From Eledone cirrhosa (taxonomy: Eukaryota), in contig OZ024763.1 of assembly GCA_964016885.1 (NCBI GenBank), positions 26,164,001-26,228,000 of the forward strand: a DNA stretch of 64,000 bases, written 5' to 3'. Every line of letters begins with the position of its first letter. Position 1 is the stretch's first letter. The position numbers and the translations under genes are program-made. Shown in pieces: positions 45,601-57,600 of the stretch. The notes beneath the pieces were generated by a model. That model saw only the letters and a list, made by a program, of their open reading frames with translations, had not been told where the DNA came from and ran no database searches.

Positions 45601-48600
45601 GTGGTGGTTTAGTGGTTAGGGGTGTTTGGCTCAGGATAGTAAGGTGGTGGTTTAGTGGTTAGGGGTGTTTGGCTCAGGATAGTAAGGTGGTGGTTTAGTG
45701 GTTAGGGGTGTTTGGCTCAGGATTGTAAGGTGGTGGTTTAGTGGTTAGGGGTGTTTGGCTCAGGATAGTAAGGTGGTGGTTTAGTGGTTAGGGTATTTGG
45801 CTCAGGATAGTAAGGTGGTGGTTTAGTGGTTAGGGGTGTTTGGCTCAGGATAGTAAGGTGGTGGTTTAGTGGTTAGGGGTGTTTGGCTCAGGATAGTAAG
45901 ATGGTGGTTTAGTGGTTAGGGGTGTTTGGCTCAGGATAGTAAGGTGGTGGTTTTGTGGTTAGGGGTGTTTGGCTCAGGATAGTAAGGTGGTGGTTTAGTG
46001 GTTAGGGTATTTGGCTCAGGATAGTAAGGTGGTGGTTTAGTGGTTAGGGGTGTTTGGCTCAGGATAGTAAGGTGGTGGTTTAGTGGTTAGGGGTGTTTGG
46101 CTCAGGATAGTAAGATGGTGGTTTAGTGGTTAGGGGTGTTTGGCTCAGGATAGTAAGGTGGTGGTTTAGTGGTTAGGGGTGTTTGGCTCAGGATAGTAAG
46201 GTGGTGGTTTAGTGGTTAGGGGTGTTTGGCTCAGGATAGTAAGGTGGTGGTTTAGTGGTTAGGGGTGTTTGGCTCAGGATAGTAAGATGGTGGTTTAGTG
46301 GTTAGGGGTGTTTGGCTCAGGATAATAAGGTGGTGGTTTAGTGGTTAGGGGTGTTTGGCTCAGGATAGTAAGGTGGTGGTTTAGTGGTTAGGGTATTTGG
46401 CTCAGGATAGTAAGGTGGTGGTTTAGTGGTTAGGGGTGTTTGGCTCAGGATAGTAAGGTGGTGGTTTAGTGGTTAGGGGTGTTTGGCTCAGGATAGTAAG
46501 ATGGTGGTTTAGTGGTTAGGGGTGTTTGGCTCAGGATAGTAAGGTGGTGGTTTAGTGGTTAGGGGTGTTTGGCTCAGGATAGTAAGGTGGTGGTTTAGTG
46601 GTTAGGGGTGTTTGGCTCAGGATAGTAAGGTGGTGGTTTAGTGGTTAGGGGTGTTTGGCTCAGGATAGTAAGATGGTGGTTTAGTGGTTAGGGGTGTTTG
46701 GCTCAGGATAATAAGGTGGTGGTTTAGTGGTTAGGGGTGTTTGGCTCAGGATAGTAAGGTGGTGGTTTAATGGTTAGGGGTGTTTGGCTCAGGATAGTAA
46801 GGTGGTGGTTTAGTGGTTAGGGTATTTGGCTCAGGATAGTAAGGTGGTGGTTTAGTGGTTAGGGGTGTTTGGCTCAGGATAGTAAGGTGGTGGTTTAGTG
46901 GTTAGGGGTGTTTGGCTCAGGATAGTAAGGTGGTGGTTTAGTGGTTAGGGGTGTTTGGCTCAGGATAGTAAAGTGGTGGTTTAGTGGTTAGGGTTGTTTG
47001 TCTCAGGATAGTAAGGTGGTGGTTTAGTGGTTAGGGGTGTTTGGCTCAGGATAGTAAGGTGGTGGTTTAGTGGTTAGGGGTGTTTGGCTCAGGATTGTAA
47101 GGTGGTGGTTTAGTGGTTAGGGGTGTTTGGCTCAGGATTGTAAGGTGGTGGTTTAGTGGTTAGGGGTGTTTGGCTCAGGATAGTAAAGTGGTGGTTTTGT
47201 GGTTAGGGGTGTTTGGCTCAGGATAGTAAGGTGGTGGTTTAGTGGTTAGGGGTGTTTGGCTCAGGATAGTAAGGTGGTGGTTTAGTGGTTAGGGGTGTTT
47301 GGCTCAGGATTGTAAGGTGGTGGTTTAGTGGTTAGGGGTGTTTGGCTCAGGATAGTAAGGTGGTGGTTTAGTGGTTAGGGTATTTGGCTCAGGATAGTAA
47401 GGTGGTGGTTTAGTGGTTAGGGGTGTTTGGCTCAGGATAGTAAGATGGTGGTTTAGTGGTTAGGGGTGTTTGGCTCAGGATAGTAAGGTGGTGGTTTAGT
47501 GGTTAGGGGTGTTTGGCTCAGGATAGTAAGGTGGTGGTTTAGTGGTTAGGGGTGTTTGGCTCAGGATAGTAAGGTGGTGGTTTAGTGGTTAGGGGTGTTT
47601 GGCTCAGGATAGTAAGATGGTTGTTTAGTGGTTAGGGGTGTTTGGCTCAGGATAATAAGGTGGTGGTTTAGTGGTTAGGGGTGTTTGGCTCAGGATAGTA
47701 AGGTGGTGGTTTAGTGGTTAGGGTATTTGGCTCAGGATAGTAAGGTGGTGGTTTAGTGGTTAGGGGTGTTTGGCTCAGGATAGTAAGGTGGTGGTTTAGT
47801 GGTTAGGGGTGTTTGGCTCAGGATAGTAAGATGGTGGTTTAGTGGTTAGGGGTGTTTGGCTCAGGATAGTAAGGTGGTGGTTTAGTGGTTAGGGGTGTTT
47901 GGCTCAGGATAGTAAGGTGGTGGTTTAGTGGTTAGGGGTGTTTGGCTCAGGATAGTAAGGTGGTGGTTTAGTGGTTAGGGGTGTTTGGCTCAGGATAGTA
48001 AGGTGGTGGTTTAGTGGTTAGGGGTGTTTGGCTCAGGATAGTAAAGTGGTGGTTTAGTGGTTAGGGTTGTTTGTCTCAGGATAGTAAGGTGGTGGTTTAG
48101 TGGTTAGGGGTGTTTGGCTCAGGATAGTAAGGTGGTGGTTTAGTGGTTAGGGGTGTTTGGCTCAGGATTGTAAGGTGGTGGTTTAGTGGTTAGGGGTGTT
48201 TGGCTCAGGATTGTAAGGTGGTGGTTTAGTGGTTAGGGGTGTTTGGCTCAGGATAGTAAAGTGGTGGTTTTGTGGTTAGGGGTGTTTGGCTCAGGATAGT
48301 AAGGTGGTGGTTTAGTGGTTAGGGGTGTTTGGCTCAGGATAGTAAGGTGGTGGTTTAGTGGTTAGGGGTGTTTGGCTCAGGATTGTAAGGTGGTGGTTTA
48401 GTGGTTAGGGGTGTTTGGCTCAGGATAGTAAGGTGGTGGTTTAGTGGTTAGGGTATTTGGCTCAGGATAGTAAGGTGGTGGTTTAGTGGTTAGGGGTGTT
48501 TGGCTCAGGATAGTAAGGTGGTGGTTTAGTGGTTAGGGGTGTTTGGCTCAGGATTGTAAGGTGGTGGTTTAGTGGTTAGGGGTGTTTGGCTCAGGATTGT

Positions 48601-51600
48601 AAGGTGGTGGTTTAGTGGTTAGGGGTGTTTGGCTCAGGATTGTAAGGTGGTGGTTTAGTGGTTAGCGTATTTGGCTCAGGATTGTAAGGTGGTGGTTTAG
48701 TGGTTAGGGTATTTGGCTCAGGATAGTAAGGTGGTGGTTTAGTGGTTAGGGGTGTTTGGCTCAGGATAGTAAGGTGGTGGTTTAGTGGTTAGGGGTGTTT
48801 GGCTCAGGATAGTAAGGTGGTGGTTTAGTGGTTAGGGGTGTTTGGCTCAGGATAGTAAAGTGGTGGTTTAGTGGTTAGGGGTGTTTGGCTCAGGATTGTA
48901 AGGTGGTGGTTTAGTTGTTAGGGGTGTTTGGCTCAGGATAGTAAGGTGGTGGTTTAGTGGTTAGGGGTGTTTGGCTCAGGATAGTAAGGTGGTGGTTTAG
49001 TGGTTAGGGGTGTTTGGCTCAGGATAGTAATGTGGTGGTTTAGTGGTTAGGGGTGTTTGGCTCAGGATTGTAAAGTGGTGGTTTAGTGGTTAGGGGTGTT
49101 TGGCTCAGGATTGTAAGGTGGTGGTTTAGTGGTTAGGGGTGTTTGGCTCAGGATAGTAAAGTGGTGGTTTAGTGGTTAGGGGTGTTTGGCTCAGGATAGT
49201 AAGGTGGTGGTTTAGTGGTTAGGGGTGTTTGGCTCAGGATAGTAAGGTGGTGGTTTAGTGGTTAGGGGTGTTTGGCTCAGGATTGTAAGGTGGTGGTTTA
49301 GTGGTTAGGGGTGTTTGGCTCAGGATTGTAAGGTGGTGGTTCAGTGGTTAGGGGTGTTTGGCTCAGGATTGTAAGGCGGTGGTTTAGTGGTTAGGGGTGT
49401 TTGGCTCAGGATAGTAAAGTGGTGGTTTAGTGGTTAGGGGTGTTTGGCTCAGGATAGTAAGGTGGTGGTTTAGTGGTTAGGGGTGTTTGGCTTAGGATTG
49501 TAAGGTGGTGGTTTAGTGGTTAGGGGTGTTTGGCTCAGGATAGTAAGGTGGTGGTTTAGTGGTTAGGGTATTTGGCTCAGGATAGTAAGGTGGTGGTTTA
49601 GTGGTTAGGGGTGTTTGGCTCAGGATAGTAAGGTGGTGGTTTAGTGGTTAGGGGTGTTTGGCTCAGGATTGTAAGGTGGTGGTTTAGTGGTTAGGGGTGT
49701 TTGGCTCAGGATTGTAAGGTGGTGGTTTAGTGGTTAGCGTATTTGGCTCAGGATTGTAAGGTGGTGGTTTAGTGGTTAGGGTATTTGGCTCAGGATAGTA
49801 AGGTGGTGGTTTAGTGGTTAGGGGTGTTTGGCTCAGGATAGTAAGGTGGTGGTTTAGTGGTTAGGGGTGTTTGGCTCAGGATAGTAAGGTGGTGGTTTAG
49901 TGGTTAGGGGTGTTTGGCTCAGGATAGTAAGGTGGTGGTTTAGTGGTTAGGGGTGTTTGGCTCAGGATAGTAAGGTGGTGGTTTAGTGGTTAGGGGTGTT
50001 TGGCTCAGGATTGTAAAGTGGTGGTTTAGTGGTTAGGGGTGTTTGGCTCAGGATAGTAAGGTGGTGGTTTAGTGGTTAGGGGTGTTTGGCTCAGGATAGT
50101 AAGGTGGTGGTTTAGTGGTTAGGGGTGTTTGGCTCAGGATTGTAAGGTGGTGGTTTAGTGGTTAGGGGTGTTTGGCTCAGGATAGTAAGGTGGTGGTTTA
50201 GTGGTTAGGGGTGTTTGGCTCAGGATAGTAAGGTGGTGGTTTAGTGGTTAGGGGTGTTTGGCTCAGGATAGTAAGGTGGTGGTTTAGTGGTTAGGGGTGT
50301 TTGGCTCAGGATAGTAAGGTGGTGGTTTAGTGGTTAGGGGTGTTTGGCTCAGGATAGTAAGGTGGTGGTTTAGTGGTTAGGGGTGTTTGGCTCAGGATTG
50401 TAAGGTGGTGGTTTAGTGGTTAGGGGTGTTTGGCTCAGGATAGTAAGGTGGTGGTTTAGTGGTTAGGGTATTTGGCTCAGGATAGTAAGGTGGTGGTTTA
50501 GTGGTTAGGGGTGTTTGGCTCAGGATAGTAAGATGGTGGTTTAGTGGTTAGGGGTGTTTGGCTCAGGATAGTAAGGTGGTGGTTTAGTGGTTAGGGGTGT
50601 TTGGCTCAGGATAGTAAGGTGGTGGTTTAGTGGTTAGGGGTGTTTGGCTCAGGATAGTAAGGTGGTGGTTTAGTGGTTAGGGGTGTTTGGCTCAGGATAG
50701 TAAGATGGTGGTTTAGTGGTTAGGGGTGTTTGGCTCAGGATAATAAGGTGGTGGTTTAGTGGTTAGGGGTGTTTGGCTCAGGATAGTAAGGTGGTGGTTT
50801 AGTGGTTAGGGTATTTGGCTCAGGATAGTAAGGTGGTGGTTTAGTGGTTAGGGGTGTTTGGCTCAGGATTGTAAGGTGGTGGTTTAGTGGTTAGGGGTGT
50901 TTGGCTCAGGATAGTAAGGTGGTGGTTTAGTGGTTAGGGGTGTTTGGCTCAGGATAGTAAGGTGGTGGTTTAGTGGTTAGGGGTGTTTGGCTCAGGATAG
51001 TAAGGTGGTGGTTTAGTGGTTAGGGGTGTTTGGCTCAGGATAGTAAGATGGTGGTTTAGTGGTTAGGGGTGTTTGGCTCAGGATAATAAGGTGGTGGTTT
51101 AGTGGTTAGGGGTGTTTGGCTCAGGATAGTAAGGTGGTGGTTTAATGGTTAGGGGTGTTTGGCTCAGGATAGTAAGGTGGTGGTTTAGTGGTTAGGGTAT
51201 TTGGCTCAGGATAGTAAGGTGGTGGTTTAGTGGTTAGGGGTGTTTGGCTCAGGATAGTAAGGTGGTGGTTTAGTGGTTAGGGGTGTTTGGCTCAGGATAG
51301 TAAGGTGGTGGTTTAGTGGTTAGGGGTGTTTGGCTCAGGATAGTAAAGTGGTGGTTTAGTGGTTAGGGTTGTTTGTCTCAGGATAGTAAGGTGGTGGTTT
51401 AGTGGTTAGGGGTGTTTGGCTCAGGATAGTAAGGTGGTGGTTTAGTGGTTAGGGGTGTTTGGCTCAGGATTGTAAGGTGGTGGTTTAGTGGTTAGGGGTG
51501 TTTGGCTCAGGATTGTAAGGTGGTGGTTTAGTGGTTAGGGGTGTTTGGCTCAGGATAGTAAAGTGGTGGTTTTGTGGTTAGGGGTGTTTGGCTCAGGATA

Positions 51601-54600
51601 GTAAGGTGGTGGTTTAGTGGTTAGGGGTGTTTGGCTCAGGATAGTAAGGTGGTGGTTTAGTGGTTAGGGGTGTTTGGCTCAGGATTGTAAGGTGGTGGTT
51701 TAGTGGTTAGGGGTGTTTGGCTCAGGATAGTAAGGTGGTGGTTTAGTGGTTAGGGTATTTGGCTCAGGATAGTAAGGTGGTGGTTTAGTGGTTAGGGGTG
51801 TTTGGCTCAGGATAGTAAGATGGTGGTTTAGTGGTTAGGGGTGTTTGGCTCAGGATAGTAAGGTGGTGGTTTAGTGGTTAGGGGTGTTTGGCTCAGGATA
51901 GTAAGGTGGTGGTTTAGTGGTTAGGGGTGTTTGGCTCAGGATAGTAAGGTGGTGGTTTAGTGGTTAGGGGTGTTTGGCTCAGGATAGTAAGATGGTGGTT
52001 TAGTGGTTAGGGGTGTTTGGCTCAGGATAATAAGGTGGTGGTTTAGTGGTTAGGGGTGTTTGGCTCAGGATAGTAAGGTGGTGGTTTAGTGGTTAGGGTA
52101 TTTGACTCAGGATAGTAAGGTGGTGGTTTAGTGGTTAGGGGTGTTTGGCTCAGGATAGTAAGGTGGTGGTTTAGTGGTTAGGGGTGTTTGGCTCAGGATA
52201 GTAAGATGGTGGTTTAGTGGTTAGGGGTGTTTGGCTCAGGATAGTAAGGTGGTGGTTTAGTGGTTAGGGGTGTTTGGCTCAGGATAGTAAGGTGGTGGTT
52301 TAGTGGTTAGGGGTGTTTGGCTCAGGATAGTAAGGTGGTGGTTTAGTGGTTAGGGGTGTTTGGCTCAGGATAGTAAGGTGGTGGTTTAGTGGTTAGGGGT
52401 GTTTGGCTCAGGATAGTAAAGTGGTGGTTTAGTGGTTAGGGTTGTTTGTCTCAGGATAGTAAGGTGGTGGTTTAGTGGTTAGGGGTGTTTGGCTCAGGAT
52501 AGTAAGGTGGTGGTTTAGTGGTTAGGGGTGTTTGGCTCAGGATTGTAAGGTGGTGGTTTAGTGGTTAGGGGTGTTTGGCTCAGGATTGTAAGGTGGTGGT
52601 TTAGTGGTTAGGGGTGTTTGGCTCAGGATAGTAAAGTGGTGGTTTTGTGGTTAGGGGTGTTTGGCTCAGGATAGTAAGGTGGTGGTTTAGTGGTTAGGGG
52701 TGTTTGGCTCAGGATAGTAAGGTGGTGGTTTAGTGGTTAGGGGTGTTTGGCTCAGGATTGTAAGGTGGTGGTTTAGTGGTTAGGGGTGTTTGGCTCAGGA
52801 TTGTAAGGTGGTGGTTTAGTGGTTAGGGGTGTTTGGCTCAGGATTGTAAGGTGGTGGTTTAGTGGTTAGCGTATTTGGCTCAGGATTGTAAGGTGGTGGT
52901 TTAGTGGTTAGGGTATTTGGCTCAGGATAGTAAGGTGGTGGTTTAGTGGTTAGGGGTGTTTGGCTCAGGATAGTAAGGTGGTGGTTTAGTGGTTAGGGGT
53001 GTTTGGCTCAGGATAGTAAGGTGGTGGTTTAGTGGTTAGGGGTGTTTGGCTCAGGATAGTAAAGTGGTGGTTTAGTGGTTAGGGGTGTTTGGCTCAGGAT
53101 TGTAAGGTGGTGGTTTAGTTGTTAGGGGTGTTTGGCTCAGGATAGTAAGGTGGTGGTTTAGTGGTTAGGGGTGTTTGGCTCAGGATAGTAAGGTGGTGGT
53201 TTAGTGGTTAGGGGTGTTTGGCTCAGGATAGTAATGTGGTGGTTTAGTGGTTAGGGGTGTTTGGCTCAGGATTGTAAAGTGGTGGTTTAGTGGTTAGGGG
53301 TGTTTGGCTCAGGATTGTAAGGTGGTGGTTTAGTGGTTAGGGGTGTTTGGCTCAGGATAGTAAAGTGGTGGTTTAGTGGTTAGGGGTGTTTGGCTCAGGA
53401 TAGTAAGGTGGTGGTTTAGTGGTTAGGGGTGTTTGGCTCAGGATAGTAAGGTGGTGGTTTAGTGGTTAGGGGTGTTTGGCTGAGGATTGTAAGGTGGTGG
53501 TTTAGTGGTTAGGGGTGTTTGGCTCAGGATTGTAAGGTGGTGGTTTAGTGGTTAGGGGTGTTTGGCTCAGGATTGTAAGGCGGTGGTTTAGTGGTTAGGG
53601 GTGTTTGGCTCAGGATAGTAAAGTGGTGGTTTAGTGGTTAGGGGTGTTTGGCTCAGGATAGTAAGGTGGTGGTTTAGTGGTTAGGGGTGTTTGGCTTAGG
53701 ATTGTAAGGTGGTGGTTTAGTGGTTAGGGGTGTTTGGCTCAGGATAGTAAGGTGGTGGTTTAGTGGTTAGGGTATTTGGCTCAGGATAGTAAGGTGGTGG
53801 TTTAGTGGTTAGGGGTGTTTGGCTCAGGATAGTAAGGTGGTGGTTTAGTGGTTAGGGGTGTTTGGCTCAGGATTGTAAGGTGGTGGTTTAGTGGTTAGGG
53901 GTGTTTGGCTCAGGATTGTAAGGTGGTGGTTTAGTGGTTAGCGTATTTGGCTCAGGATTGTAAGGTGGTGGTTTAGTGGTTAGGGTATTTGGCTCAGGAT
54001 AGTAAGGTGGTGGTTTAGTGGTTAGGGGTGTTTGGCTCAGGATAGTAAGGTGGTGGTTTAGTGGTTAGGGGTGTTTGGCTCAGGATAGTAAGGTGGTGGT
54101 TTAGTGGTTAGGGGTGTTTGGCTCAGGATAGTAAGATGGTGGTTTAGTGGTTAGGGGTGTTTGGCTCAGGATAATAAGGTGGTGGTTTAGTGGTTAGGGG
54201 TGTTTGGCTCAGGATAGTAAGGTGGTGGTTTAGTGGTTAGGGTATTTGGCTCAGGATAGTAAGGTGGTGGTTTAGTGGTTAGGGGTGTTTGGCTCAGGAT
54301 TGTAAGGTGGTGGTTTAGTGGTTAGGGGTGTTTGGCTCAGGATAGTAAGGTGGTGGTTTAGTGGTTAGGGGTGTTTGGCTCAGGATAGTAAGGTGGTGGT
54401 TTAGTGGTTAGGGGTGTTTGGCTCAGGATAGTAAGGTGATGGTTTAGTGGTTAGGGGTGTTTGGCTCAGGATAGTAAGATGGTGGTTTAGTGGTTAGGGG
54501 TGTTTGGCTCAGGATAATAAGGTGGTGGTTTAGTGGTTAGGGGTGTTTGGCTCAGGATAGTAAGGTGGTGGTTTAATGGTTAGGGGTGTTTGGCTCAGGA

Positions 54601-57600
54601 TAGTAAGATGGTGGTTTAGTGGTTAGGGGTGTTTGGCTCAGGATAGTAAGGTGGTGGTTTAGTGGTTAGGGTATTTGACTCAGGATAGTAAGGTGGTGGT
54701 TTAGTGGTTAGGGGTGTTTGGCTCAGGATAGTAAGGTGGTGGTTTAGTGGTTAGGGGTGTTTGGCTCAGGATAGTAAGATGGTGGTTTAGTGGTTAGGGG
54801 TGTTTGGCTCAGGATAGTAAGGTGGTGGTTTAGTGGTTAGGGGTGTTTGGCTCAGGATAGTAAGGTGGTGGTTTAGTGGTTAGGGGTGTTTGGCTCAGGA
54901 TAGTAAGGTGGTGGTTTAGTGGTTAGGGGTGTTTGGCTCAGGATAGTAAGGTGGTGGTTTAGTGGTTAGGGGTGTTTGGCTCAGGATAGTAAAGTGGTGG
55001 TTTAGTGGTTAGGGTTGTTTGTCTCAGGATAGTAAGGTGGTGGTTTAGTGGTTAGGGGTGTTTGGCTCAGGATAGTAAGGTGGTGGTTTAGTGGTTAGGG
55101 GTGTTTGGCTCAGGATTGTAAGGTGGTGGTTTAGTGGTTAGGGGTGTTTGGCTCAGGATTGTAAGGTGGTGGTTTAGTGGTTAGGGGTGTTTGGCTCAGG
55201 ATAGTAAAGTGGTGGTTTTGTGGTTAGGGGTGTTTGGCTCAGGATAGTAAGGTGGTGGTTTAGTGGTTAGGGGTGTTTGGCTCAGGATAGTAAGGTGGTG
55301 GTTTAGTGGTTAGGGGTGTTTGGCTCAGGATTGTAAGGTGGTGGTTTAGTGGTTAGGGGTGTTTGGCTCAGGATTGTAAGGTGGTGGTTTAGTGGTTAGG
55401 GGTGTTTGGCTCAGGATTGTAAGGTGGTGGTTTAGTGGTTAGCGTATTTGGCTCAGGATTGTAAGGTGGTGGTTTAGTGGTTAGGGTATTTGGCTCAGGA
55501 TAGTAAGGTGGTGGTTTAGTGGTTAGGGGTGTTTGGCTCAGGATAGTAAGGTGGTGGTTTAGTGGTTAGGGGTGTTTGGCTCAGGATAGTAAGGTGGTGG
55601 TTTAGTGGTTAGGGGTGTTTGGCTCAGGATAGTAAAGTGGTGGTTTAGTGGTTAGGGGTGTTTGGCTCAGGATTGTAAGGTGGTGGTTTAGTTGTTAGGG
55701 GTGTTTGGCTCAGGATAGTAAGGTGGTGGTTTAGTGGTTAGGGGTGTTTGGCTCAGGATAGTAAGGTGGTGGTTTAGTGGTTAGGGGTGTTTGGCTCAGG
55801 ATAGTAATGTGGTGGTTTAGTGGTTAGGGGTGTTTGGCTCAGGATTGTAAAGTGGTGGTTTAGTGGTTAGGGGTGTTTGGCTCAGGATTGTAAGGTGGTG
55901 GTTTAGTGGTTAGGGGTGTTTGGCTCAGGATAGTAAAGTGGTGGTTTAGTGGTTAGGGGTGTTTGGCTCAGGATAGTAAGGTGGTGGTTTAGTGGTTAGG
56001 GGTGTTTGGCTCAGGATAGTAAGGTGGTGGTTTAGTGGTTAGGGGTGTTTGGCTGAGGATTGTAAGGTGGTGGTTTAGTGGTTAGGGGTGTTTGGCTCAG
56101 GATTGTAAGGTGGTGGTTTAGTGGTTAGGGGTGTTTGGCTCAGGATTGTAAGGCGGTGGTTTAGTGGTTAGGGGTGTTTGGCTCAGGATAGTAAAGTGGT
56201 GGTTTAGTGGTTAGGGGTGTTTGGCTCAGGATAGTAAGGTGGTGGTTTAGTGGTTAGGGGTGTTTGGCTTAGGATTGTAAGGTGGTGGTTTAGTGGTTAG
56301 GGGTGTTTGGCTCAGGATAGTAAGGTGGTGGTTTAGTGGTTAGGGTATTTGGCTCAGGATAGTAAGGTGGTGGTTTAGTGGTTAGGGGTGTTTGGCTCAG
56401 GATAGTAAGGTGGTGGTTTAGTGGTTAGGGGTGTTTGGCTCAGGATTGTAAGGTGGTGGTTTAGTGGTTAGGGGTGTTTGGCTCAGGATTGTAAGGTGGT
56501 GGTTTAGTGGTTAGCGTATTTGGCTCAGGATTGTAAGGTGGTGGTTTAGTGGTTAGGGTATTTGGCTCAGGATAGTAAGGTGGTGGTTTAGTGGTTAGGG
56601 GTGTTTGGCTCAGGATAGTAAGGTGGTGGTTTAGTGGTTAGGGGTGTTTGGCTCAGGATAGTAAGGTGGTGGTTTAGTGGTTAGGGGTGTTTGGCTCAGG
56701 ATAGTAAGATGGTGGTTTAGTGGTTAGGGGTGTTTGGCTCAGGATAATAAGGTGGTGGTTTAGTGGTTAGGGGTGTTTGGCTCAGGATAGTAAGGTGGTG
56801 GTTTAGTGGTTAGGGTATTTGGCTCAGGATAGTAAGGTGGTGGTTTAGTGGTTAGGGGTGTTTGGCTCAGGATTGTAAGGTGGTGGTTTAGTGGTTAGGG
56901 GTGTTTGGCTCAGGATAGTAAGGTGGTGGTTTAGTGGTTAGGGGTGTTTGGCTCAGGATAGTAAGGTGGTGGTTTAGTGGTTAGGGGTGTTTGGCTCAGG
57001 ATAGTAAGGTGGTGGTTTAGTGGTTAGGGGTGTTTGGCTCAGGATAGTAAGATGGTGGTTTAGTGGTTAGGGGTGTTTGGCTCAGGATAATAAGGTGGTG
57101 GTTTAGTGGTTAGGGGTGTTTGGCTCAGGATAGTAAGGTGGTGGTTTAATGGTTAGGGGTGTTTGGCTCAGGATAGTAAGGTGGTGGTTTAGTGGTTAGG
57201 GTATTTGGCTCAGGATAGTAAGGTGGTGGTTTAGTGGTTAGGGGTGTTTGGCTCAGGATAGTAAGGTGGTGGTTTAGTGGTTAGGGGTGTTTGGCTCAGG
57301 ATAGTAAGGTGGTGGTTTAGTGGTTAGGGGTGTTTGGCTCAGGATAGTAAAGTGGTGGTTTAGTGGTTAGGGTTGTTTGTCTCAGGATAGTAAGGTGGTG
57401 GTTTAGTGGTTAGGGGTGTTTGGCTCAGGATAGTAAGGTGGTGGTTTAGTGGTTAGGGGTGTTTGGCTCAGGATTGTAAGGTGGTGGTTTAGTGGTTAGG
57501 GGTGTTTGGCTCAGGATTGTAAGGTGGTGGTTTAGTGGTTAGGGGTGTTTGGCTCAGGATAGTAAAGTGGTGGTTTTGTGGTTAGGGGTGTTTGGCTCAG